From: Chryseobacterium gleum | GTDB lineage: Bacteria > Bacteroidota > Bacteroidia > NS11-12g > UBA955 | Assembly (NCBI GenBank): GCA_945870885.1 | Contig: CAMBTR010000002.1 | Location: 1-47,056, forward strand | DNA: 47,056 bases | Direction: 5' to 3' | In this document: in pieces, positions 36,688 through 44,448 of the stretch | How positions within the stretch are numbered: position 1 is the first letter of the stretch | Layout: every line of letters begins with the position of its first letter | Translations under genes and position numbers: made by a program | Notes under the pieces: generated by a model | Seen by the model: the letters and a program-made list of their open reading frames with translations, nothing else | What the model was told of the DNA's origin: nothing | Databases searched by the model: none

Positions 36688-37611
36688 TTATTCGAAGATA
36701 TCCTCGTTGTTTAGTATACCCAAATAACTTTGATATCGCTCATCGGCAATGTCGCCCTTTTCCAAGGCTTCAAGCACAGCGCATTCGGGCTCATGGGTAT
36801 GAAGGCAATCGTTGAATTTGCATTTGGATAAATAAGGACGCATTTCGGGGAAATACTGGGAAATTTCTGTGGGTTCAAAATCCACGACACCAAAATCTCT
36901 AATCCCCGGCGTATCAATAATCTGGGTATTGTCGGCTAGGGTAAACATCTCAGCAAACGTGGTTGTATGTCGGCCCTTGGCATGATGGTCTGAAATTCTA
37001 CCTACTTTGGCATTGGCTCCGGGAAACACGGCATTGAGTAAAGTGCTTTTACCCACTCCAGAATGACCTGCGAGCAACCATCGCTTCCCTTTCAGCATCG
37101 CGGAAAATGCCTCTAGTGCTTTGCCTTCTGTGGCCGAACCCAATAGCACGCTGACATTGGCATTGCGGTAAATGTGCTTGATGTCGTCTACTACCTCTTC
37201 GCCCCGTTCGCCTAACAAATCCATTTTGTTAAAAAAGACCATCGCGGGTACGTGATAGGCCTCACAGGTAAGGATGAATCGATCGATAAAACCCAAACTC
37301 GTTCTCGGCGATGTTAGGCTGGCAATCAGAGCGGCACCATCTAAGTTGGTAGCCAAAATTTGACGGCGGGAACTCAATTTATTCGCCCGTCGGATCAGGT
37401 AATTATTTCGGTGATAAACCTTTGAAATGGATCCCGTATCAGCGTAGTTTTGGTCTTCCATGAGTTCTACTCGGTCTCCAACAGCCACAGGATTACTCGT
37501 ATCTAGGTCGTTCAATCGCATCTTGCCGCGCGTTCTAGCCATCCAGACTTTTCCATCGTCTGTAAGTACTTGATACCAGCTGCCAGTGGATTTGGTGACC
37601 GTTCCCTCCAT
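36688..37611 (-). CDS. rsgA: Ribosome small-subunit-dependent GTPase A
   Basis: 307 aa with an OB-fold N-terminus, a circularly permuted GTPase (NKMDL ... GHSGVGKSTLLN) and a C-terminal zinc knuckle CKFNDCLHTHEPEC. Confidence 0.9.
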   Translation of the reverse strand: MEGTVTKSTGSWYQVLTDDGKVWMARTRGKMRLNDLDTSNPVAVGDRVELMEDQNYADTGSISKVYHRNNYLIRRANKLSSRRQILATNLDGAALIASLTSPRTSLGFIDRFILTCEAYHVPAMVFFNKMDLLGERGEEVVDDIKHIYRNANVSVLLGSATEGKALEAFSAMLKGKRWLLAGHSGVGKSTLLNAVFPGANAKVGRISDHHAKGRHTTTFAEMFTLADNTQIIDTPGIRDFGVVDFEPTEISQYFPEMRPYLSKCKFNDCLHTHEPECAVLEALEKGDIADERYQSYLGILNNEDIFE

Positions 37612-38564
37612 TAGAAAATGGCTTCACAGATTTTTTTGGTTTGGGTGCTTTTGCCCATGGTATAAAAATGCAAAACTGGGGCACCTTTTGCTACCAATTC
37701 TTTGCACTGTTCGATAGCCCAAGCCACACCAATATCGCCGATATGCTTGTCATCCTTACACTGGTCGATTTCATTGGTCAGAGCAAACGGGATATCCATG
37801 TGAAATAACTTGGGAAGGATGGAAAGTTGTTTTCTGGTTGTGATGGGTTTGATACCGGGGATGATAGGGACGGTGATTCCGGCGGAACGACAGCTATCGA
37901 CAAAATTGAAATAATGTTGATTGTTGAAGAACATCTGCGTAACCAAGAATTTAGCTCCGGCATCCACTTTTCTTTTAAGGAATTTCAAGTCCGATTCCAT
38001 ATTTGGCGCATCAGCGTGCTTCTCTGGATAACATGCAGCACCGGTACAGAAATTAGACTCATTGGAATTGCTGATTTCTTCATCCAAATAAATACCGGCG
38101 TTCATATTTTGAATCTGATGAATCAAATCCAAGGCGTTTTTATTTCCGTTATTCTCTGGCTCAAAGTGAGTATCCTCTTTCCGGTTATCTCCCCTCAAGG
38201 CTAAAATATTGTCGATTCCCAAAAAGCTCAATTCAATCAATGCATTTTCTGTATCTTCCTTGTTAAATCCACCGCAAATCAAATGAGGTACGGCATCAAT
38301 TTTATAATGGTTTTGCAGCGCCGCACAAATGGCAACGGTTCCAGGTCGTTTTTTGGTTGAAATACGATCATAACTCCCGTCGGCACGCTTTTTTAATACG
38401 TAATCCTCTCTGTGATAAGTAACATCAATAAAAGATGGCTGAAACTCCATCAACGGATCTATGCTGGCAAACAGTTCTTTGATACTTGCGCCTTTTAAAG
38501 GAGGCAAGATTTCGAACGAAAAGAGCGTTTTGTCTGCGCCAGAGATATGTTCAGTAATTTTCAT
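37611..38564 (-). CDS. metF: 5,10-methylenetetrahydrofolate reductase
   Basis: 317 aa. FSFEILPP N-terminus and TIM-barrel MTHFR pattern (ALRGD, FLVTQMFF). Its stop overlaps the rsgA ATG by 1 nt (TAATG). Confidence 0.9.
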   Translation of the reverse strand: MKITEHISGADKTLFSFEILPPLKGASIKELFASIDPLMEFQPSFIDVTYHREDYVLKKRADGSYDRISTKKRPGTVAICAALQNHYKIDAVPHLICGGFNKEDTENALIELSFLGIDNILALRGDNRKEDTHFEPENNGNKNALDLIHQIQNMNAGIYLDEEISNSNESNFCTGAACYPEKHADAPNMESDLKFLKRKVDAGAKFLVTQMFFNNQHYFNFVDSCRSAGITVPIIPGIKPITTRKQLSILPKLFHMDIPFALTNEIDQCKDDKHIGDIGVAWAIEQCKELVAKGAPVLHFYTMGKSTQTKKICEAIF

Positions 38565-38567
38565 GAC

Positions 38568-40262
38568 TTATTGGAATGTAATTGGAAGGGTTAGGGTTTC
38601 GGTGCCGCGGAGGACAACCACTTTGGAAGGATTTTCTGGGTTGATTTTACCCAAACCCACCATATAATCTTCGATGCCATTTACTGGCATATCGCCAAGC
38701 ATCATAATGATATCGCCTTTTTGAAGACCGGCTTTCTGAGCAGGTTTACCATCGGTTACGCCATCGATGCGCATGCCTTTTCCACTGTAACTGTAATCTG
38801 GCATCACACCCAATGTTACTTTGAATTTGGTTCTTCCCGCCGTTGCGTCTTGGGTTTTAGTAAAAGCTAATTTGCCGCGTTTGTTGTTGAGCGAGACAAG
38901 CTGTTCCATCACGTTTAGGCTGTTTGACATGCCAACATAATTGATGAGGTTTTCGTCGTCGCTTGGCTTGTGATAATCCTCATGCTGTCCGCTGAAGAAG
39001 TGTACCACGGGAATATTTTCGATATAGAACGATGCGTGATCGCTTGGTCCTAGACCACTCTTTGTTGTGATAATTCTGATTTGATTGGTATCGGTTTTGA
39101 TGATTGAGATCGCCTTTTCGAACTGCGGAGAAGTACCAACACCATTGAGCGTGAGCACTTTTTTGGTTGTATCGATTCTACCTAGCATGTCGATGTTAAT
39201 CACATAGTTGATCTTACCCAATTTGCCATTGTTATTTCCAGTTAGAGCCACAGGAGGATTTTGGGTAAAGAACTTAGAGCCGAGGAGTCCCAATTCTTCA
39301 CCGCTGAATGCGATAAATAGGTAATTATTTTTCTTGTATTTGCCCCCTTTTAAGGTTCTTGCCATTTCTAACATGGCTGCCACTCCGGAAGCATTATCGT
39401 CGGCGCCATTGTGAATTTCTGCTTTGCCGGTATATCTACTGTTTTCGTATTCATTGATACCTATATGGTCGTGGTGTGCACAGACCACAATGGTATTTTT
39501 CTTGCGGTTATTGCGGAAAGCGTAGACGTTATGACCTTGGGCTTTAAGGACATGAATGTTGCTAATCAAGGTGATGGGTGCAACGGGGAATTGACCCGTC
39601 TGATTGCAAAAGAAAACAGGTATACTCAAGGTTTTCTCGTCGCGTTTAAGATTCCCACTGGGGGCGATAAAACTGGTGTAAGGTTTGATAAAAATGATTC
39701 CCACAGCACCGCGCTTGGTGGCTTCAGCGATTTTATTTGGAATTTCCGCGACCTCTGAAAGTTCACTTTTTGGGTTTTCTTGCATCCCTGGGAAACCCAA
39801 TCTGATCAATGCAATTTTCCCTTTGATGTCGAAAACGTAATCGTCTCTTTTTGTTTTTTCCTGAACCAATCCATAACCACAATCAATCCATGGAGCGGTG
39901 ACGCTGTCTAGGTTTGCACTTTGCGACAGTGGATAGAATTCACTGAAAAGAGTGAGTTTTCTGATAACAGTATCGATGCCAGGAGCACGAACGCCAATAA
40001 GACATTTGTTGCTTGCCAAACGCAATTTTACGATATCAAATTCTTGGGTTTGAGGCTGAAGCTTAGCCGCAATAAATTGTTGCTTAATATATTCGGCACT
40101 CATCATTTCGCCCGGTGATCCGGTTTGACGGCCTTGAAGTTCATCACTTGCCAAGTAACTAATGTCCTTTTTTAATCGCTCAGCTCTTGTTGCTGGGACT
40201 TGTTGTGCTTGGGCTATGGTGGTACTGCAAAGAGCAATAATAGATAATGAAATCAATCTCAT
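38568..40262 (-). CDS. M28-family metallopeptidase with PA insert and C-terminal PDZ domain
   Basis: Start set to ATG 40262 (MRLISLSIIALCSTTIAQA signal peptide), which overlaps the upstream stop as ATGA. Metal ligands: CAHHDH, GADDNASG, SGEELGLLGS, DMLG, SDH. The last 90 aa or so (GLQKGDIIMMLGDMPV) form a PDZ domain. Confidence 0.85.
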   Translation of the reverse strand: MRLISLSIIALCSTTIAQAQQVPATRAERLKKDISYLASDELQGRQTGSPGEMMSAEYIKQQFIAAKLQPQTQEFDIVKLRLASNKCLIGVRAPGIDTVIRKLTLFSEFYPLSQSANLDSVTAPWIDCGYGLVQEKTKRDDYVFDIKGKIALIRLGFPGMQENPKSELSEVAEIPNKIAEATKRGAVGIIFIKPYTSFIAPSGNLKRDEKTLSIPVFFCNQTGQFPVAPITLISNIHVLKAQGHNVYAFRNNRKKNTIVVCAHHDHIGINEYENSRYTGKAEIHNGADDNASGVAAMLEMARTLKGGKYKKNNYLFIAFSGEELGLLGSKFFTQNPPVALTGNNNGKLGKINYVINIDMLGRIDTTKKVLTLNGVGTSPQFEKAISIIKTDTNQIRIITTKSGLGPSDHASFYIENIPVVHFFSGQHEDYHKPSDDENLINYVGMSNSLNVMEQLVSLNNKRGKLAFTKTQDATAGRTKFKVTLGVMPDYSYSGKGMRIDGVTDGKPAQKAGLQKGDIIMMLGDMPVNGIEDYMVGLGKINPENPSKVVVLRGTETLTLPITFQ

Positions 40263-41179
40263 GAATATAGTTCTAAAAGGGTTTTTACTAAAATGAAAGC
40301 AGAAAGTAGTGCAAATATAACACGGAGCCAAACAACGGGTACTTTGGTCGCCAATTTTTGTCCAAGAGATGAGAAAAAAATCACTCCAAGTAGCATTGGG
40401 ATGAGCATAATCCATAAAAGGTAACCCGTTTGATAACTAGAAATTTGTTGGGCGGGGGTAGTGCTGATATATTTTATCAAAGCGGAAATCGACAGGATTG
40501 GAACTATGGAAAGCGACAATGCCGTAGCGCTATGCATCGATTTCTTTAAGATAATGAGGAACAGGGGAACCATGATAATGCCGCCACCCAAGCCACTCAG
40601 GGCTACAATTGTGCCGGCGAAAATACCCACCAGCATGGATGGCCAGTCTTGAATCAAATTAAACTGATACGGGGTGCTTTGTTCTTCGATTTGGGGGTTG
40701 CCATTTCCATCTTTTGGGCTGGAAGATTTCGCCTTCCCAAAAGTCATGTTGAGAATGCTCAAGCCTAAGAATCCCAGAAAGACACCTTGAAAGACTTCCT
40801 TTTGATACCAGTCGCCGTCTTGAATGGCCTGGGTCATGAAGTAATTGCTAATGGCTCCAGGAATACCAATGGTTAGACTTTGTTTCCATTGCCAAGTTCC
40901 CATTTTGATTTGGCGGAAGGTTCCAGAAACGCCCGACATAAACACCAATGCAATGGAATTGGCCAAGGTAAATTTCACCATTTCTGCGCTGCTGATATCG
41001 TATTGATGCAGGTAGGAAGTGATAACAGGGATAAATAACATTCCACCGCCAACACCTAGCAAACCGGCCAAAAGACCACCAAATGAGCCCAAGAGCAAGA
41101 GCCACAAGAATCCTGAGGCCATCAAATCTGTTGCGATATTGATGGATGCCAAAGTGAATTCTGTTGATGCGTTTAACAT
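40259..41179 (-). CDS. TauE/SafE-family anion (sulfite-type) exporter
   Basis: 306 aa, about 8 TM helices, with the duplicated GVGGG/GLGGG motif typical of the family. Confidence 0.8.
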   Translation of the reverse strand: MLNASTEFTLASINIATDLMASGFLWLLLLGSFGGLLAGLLGVGGGMLFIPVITSYLHQYDISSAEMVKFTLANSIALVFMSGVSGTFRQIKMGTWQWKQSLTIGIPGAISNYFMTQAIQDGDWYQKEVFQGVFLGFLGLSILNMTFGKAKSSSPKDGNGNPQIEEQSTPYQFNLIQDWPSMLVGIFAGTIVALSGLGGGIIMVPLFLIILKKSMHSATALSLSIVPILSISALIKYISTTPAQQISSYQTGYLLWIMLIPMLLGVIFFSSLGQKLATKVPVVWLRVIFALLSAFILVKTLLELYS

Positions 41180-41201
41180 TTTGAAGGGGTGGAGTATTGA
41201 T

Positions 41202-42824
41202 TTATTTTAACAAAGATTGATAGCGTGTGGGTTCATGCAGTAATTGGGCTGCTTCTTTTGATTCCAAATCCAAGAGTAGCCACGCTGGATGAAAACGATT
41301 TTTCTTTAATTTTCTTTCCATCATGGCGCGATTTAATGCAAGTATGAGGCTTGATTTTTGTTTGATCAAATCGGATTTTACTTTGGTATTTACCTGATCG
41401 GAATTTATTTTTAATCCTGAAATCTGTTGTAAAAACTGAGTGTCTGAGTACATCGATGCCATAGATTTATTGAGTTTCTCTTGCAATTTGGCCTGACTTT
41501 TTTTGACTGCATATTGGGAGAACTGCGCATACTGCTGATCAGAAATGGCCTGAAATAATGTGTCGGGTAGTAAGTTGTATTGCTGATTCGCCCAATCGAA
41601 AATGATGTTTTCCTGTTCCAGCCACTTTAGTATTTCCAATCCTTGGTAGGGTTTTAAGGCCACATCGGGATCGATGCCACCGCCTTCGTAAACCGTTCTA
41701 CCACCTTGGGTTTTGAAGGCTTTTTTTTGCGCGGTCGACATCGTTTTGGCAACGCCATTTTCATCGCGATCACCATATTGAAGTCGTTGAATACATCGCC
41801 CACTGGGAGTGTAGTATTTGGCCACGGTCAGTTTCATTTGGGTTCTGTAAGGCAAGCTCGCGTAATTTTGTACCAACCCTTTTCCGAAACTTGTTTGACC
41901 CATAATCACTGCGCGGTCCATGTCTTGTAGGCTGCCACTAACGACTTCAGATGCGGAGGCGGAATGTTCATTCACTAAAACAACAAGGGGCGTATTGGGC
42001 AGAAGGGCTTTGTTTGGAGTGATCCAGTTTTTTGGACCTGTTACGTTTTGACCTCTTAGGGTTACGATAGAACGATTTTCGCCCACAAAAAGACCCACGA
42101 TTTGAACGGCTTCGTTTAAGAGTCCACCGCCATTGTCGCGCAAGTCCAAAATCACCCCTTTCAACTCCGTTTTCTCCATCATCTTTTTGAGCGATGTTTC
42201 AATTTCGTCTGCGGCATGCTGACCAAATTCTTCGAGTTTTACGTAAGCAATATCCCCCTGGTACAGACCGCTGAATGATACGCTGGCTGTTTTGATTGCC
42301 ATGCGGGTGATTTGCTTTTTGATGCTTTTGCCTTCGCGATCAATTTCTATGGAGAACGATGTATTGGGTGCGCCCCGAACCAAACTCAATAATTGGTCGG
42401 TTGACTTGTCTTGTAAGGAGATGCCATTGATGCTAGTGATGATATCACCGAGTCTAACGTCGGCGAGGTTAAAGGCATAGCCTTCTTCAATAAAATTGAC
42501 AACGGGGTAATGGTTTCGGAGCATGATTCTGCATCCCACGCCGCCATATTGTCCTTGTTTTTCGATCAGGGCCTCCTCGGCTTGATATTCAGTAAAAAAA
42601 TTGGTGTAGGGGTCCAGTGATTTGAGCATCGCATCGATACCGGTTTTCATTAATTTTCCGGGTTCAATTTCATCGACGTAGTTGGTGCCTAATTCTTTGT
42701 AGAGGGCTGTGAAAATCTCTATGTTTTTTGAATATTCAAATAGGTTGTCAACGACTTTATTCCCTTGGCTTAAGAAGAAAGCGCAGAGGCAAAGTAAGAA
42801 CCATTTGGGCAAGCGGATCACCAT
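41202..42824 (-). CDS. S41-family C-terminal processing (tail-specific) peptidase with PDZ domain
   Basis: 540 aa with a signal peptide and a PDZ domain (RLGDIITSINGISL). Catalytic region VVLVNEHSASASEVVSG ... SFGKGLVQ. Confidence 0.9.
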   Translation of the reverse strand: MVIRLPKWFLLCLCAFFLSQGNKVVDNLFEYSKNIEIFTALYKELGTNYVDEIEPGKLMKTGIDAMLKSLDPYTNFFTEYQAEEALIEKQGQYGGVGCRIMLRNHYPVVNFIEEGYAFNLADVRLGDIITSINGISLQDKSTDQLLSLVRGAPNTSFSIEIDREGKSIKKQITRMAIKTASVSFSGLYQGDIAYVKLEEFGQHAADEIETSLKKMMEKTELKGVILDLRDNGGGLLNEAVQIVGLFVGENRSIVTLRGQNVTGPKNWITPNKALLPNTPLVVLVNEHSASASEVVSGSLQDMDRAVIMGQTSFGKGLVQNYASLPYRTQMKLTVAKYYTPSGRCIQRLQYGDRDENGVAKTMSTAQKKAFKTQGGRTVYEGGGIDPDVALKPYQGLEILKWLEQENIIFDWANQQYNLLPDTLFQAISDQQYAQFSQYAVKKSQAKLQEKLNKSMASMYSDTQFLQQISGLKINSDQVNTKVKSDLIKQKSSLILALNRAMMERKLKKNRFHPAWLLLDLESKEAAQLLHEPTRYQSLLK

Positions 42825-42828
42825 GAAT

Positions 42829-42836
42829 CAAAGATA
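42829..42836 (-). promoter_or_regulatory. Candidate -7 box TATCTTTG for the S41 peptidase operon
   Basis: Exact TAnnTTTG on the minus strand, 4 nt upstream of ATG 42824. Confidence 0.4.
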
Positions 42837-42888
42837 CAAAAATCGCAGTGAGTAATAGGGTAAAGTCGTGCGCGAAATTATTTTGCAA

Positions 42889-44136
42889 TCAACTTTCTTT
42901 ACCGGAAGGAGATTCAAAAATTTCTAAATCAAATTGAGGAACAACCGCAAGCACATGATCAAAAATGTCGGCTGCGATATTCTCGTGGTCAATCCATTGT
43001 TTGTCACGGGTGAAACAATATAACTCTAGTGGCAATCCTTTTTCGCCGGGAGACAGCTGCCTCACTAGGGCCACCAATTTCTTGTTAACCTTGGGATGTT
43101 GATCCACATACCGGTACATATACTCCCTAAAAATCCCCACGTTGGTCAGGTTTCTACCATTGGCGAGGACCGTTTTGTCGATATTGTTTTTGCTGTTGTA
43201 TGCGTCGATGTCCTCTTGTTTTTTGTCGATATAGTCCCGAATCAATGCAATTTTTTTGTATCGCTCCAACATTTCAGGGGTACAGAATTGGATGGTAGAA
43301 ATTTTGATATTGATGGCGCGTTTCATTCGCCGGCCTTGGCTTTCTTCCATGCCTCTCCAGTTTTTAAACGCATCGTTAATGAGTGCATGGGTTGGGATTG
43401 TGGTGATGGTATTGTCCCAATTTTTGACTTTAATATTTGTAAGGTTAATTTCAATCACATGTCCATCGGCACCGTATTTGGGTACCTCAATCCAATCGTC
43501 CATTCTTACGATATCGTTTCCGGAAATTTGTATGGAGGCCACCAATCCCAAAATGGTATCGCGGAAGGTTAGAATTACCAAGGCTGAAAGTGCACCAAAA
43601 GCGGTTAGCAATGTCCACAGGGGTTTGTCCGTTATGTTGCTAATGATAAACAGAATGCCCACTGCATAATTGATGATGTTGAGCAGTTGGGTATACGATC
43701 CAATGGGTTTGTCTTTGAAATCTTCGGAATTGAGTAAAAAGATTTTTATGGCCCGGAGCACAGCTTGTACAAAACGGATGATGGCGATGATGATATACGC
43801 ATCGATTAGGTGTTGTAAGATGTTAATCCAATCGGAGTTTTCATTGAAGATGAAGAGGAGTCCTTTTTTGGCTACTAGGGCTGGAACTACATGCGCCAAG
43901 TAAATAAAAACCCGCATTTCAACCAGAATATCGTCGTAGGTATTGTTGGATTTTTTAGCATACCGAGCCACCACTGTGAGGATGACTTTTCTGGAAATAA
44001 AATCGGCGATTGCAATTAGGGCAACGAGTCCCATCGTTAAAACGAGGGGGTGTAAAATTTCACATGAATCGGCGGTGGCTCCGGCTTGTTGGAGTTGATG
44101 CATCAACCATTGTGAAAACTGAATTTTATAACTCAT
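42889..44136 (-). CDS. Mechanosensitive ion channel (MscS family)
   Basis: 415 aa. N-terminal TM helices, then the conserved pore-helix/beta-domain region (ILGLVASIQISGNDIVRMDDWIEV...GHVIEINLT). Confidence 0.85.
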   Translation of the reverse strand: MSYKIQFSQWLMHQLQQAGATADSCEILHPLVLTMGLVALIAIADFISRKVILTVVARYAKKSNNTYDDILVEMRVFIYLAHVVPALVAKKGLLFIFNENSDWINILQHLIDAYIIIAIIRFVQAVLRAIKIFLLNSEDFKDKPIGSYTQLLNIINYAVGILFIISNITDKPLWTLLTAFGALSALVILTFRDTILGLVASIQISGNDIVRMDDWIEVPKYGADGHVIEINLTNIKVKNWDNTITTIPTHALINDAFKNWRGMEESQGRRMKRAINIKISTIQFCTPEMLERYKKIALIRDYIDKKQEDIDAYNSKNNIDKTVLANGRNLTNVGIFREYMYRYVDQHPKVNKKLVALVRQLSPGEKGLPLELYCFTRDKQWIDHENIAADIFDHVLAVVPQFDLEIFESPSGKES

Positions 44137-44141
44137 CGTAG

Positions 44142-44149
44142 CAAATATA
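44142..44149 (-). promoter_or_regulatory. Candidate -7 box TATATTTG for the MscS gene
   Basis: Exact TAnnTTTG on the minus strand, 5 nt upstream of ATG 44136. Confidence 0.4.
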
Positions 44150-44230
44150 AATTATCGATTTCGAATAAACAGTTATTCTTGCGACGCTTCTATTTTTCTC
44201 AGTATTTTATGGTTTGGCGTCGCTGCCATG

Positions 44231-44302
44231 TGGTCCCGACAGGAATCGAACCTGTATCTAATGCTCCGGAGGCATTCGTAGTATCCATTCTACTACGGGA
44301 CC
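44231..44302 (-). tRNA. tRNA-Arg (anticodon CCG)
   Basis: Hand-folded 72-nt cloverleaf. Acceptor GGTCCCG/CGGGACC, D stem GTAG/CTAC, anticodon stem AATGC/GCATT with loop CTCCGGA, T arm ACAGG-TTCGATT-CCTGT, discriminator A. CCA is not encoded. Confidence 0.9.
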
Positions 44303-44345
44303 ATATAATAATGGGTTAGGGGGTTGTAGATGTGATGCCGGATTG

Positions 44346-44353
44346 CAAAGATA
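44346..44353 (-). promoter_or_regulatory. Candidate -7 box TATCTTTG for tRNA-Arg
   Basis: Exact TAnnTTTG on the minus strand, 43 nt upstream of the mature tRNA 5' end. Confidence 0.3.
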
Positions 44354-44448
44354 AACAAAGGGGAGGCTGCGCGCCAAAGTTTTGCGGACAATCCGCCCAA
44401 AATCGAATAGGCCACAAGTGCATTCAACAAATACGCCTTTGACATGCG

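Noticed and set aside
44287-44445. 52-aa hydrophobic ORF (MSKAYLLNALVAYSILGGLSAKLW...) starting 3 nt after the WG-repeat gene stop
   Set aside because: It runs through the tRNA-Arg promoter box and 16 nt into the tRNA itself. With no supporting motif, it is most likely fortuitous.
44137-44448. tRNA-Arg as an integration hotspot or island boundary
   Set aside because: There is no integrase, I noticed no direct repeat of the tRNA 3' end, and the flanking genes are ordinary chromosomal genes.
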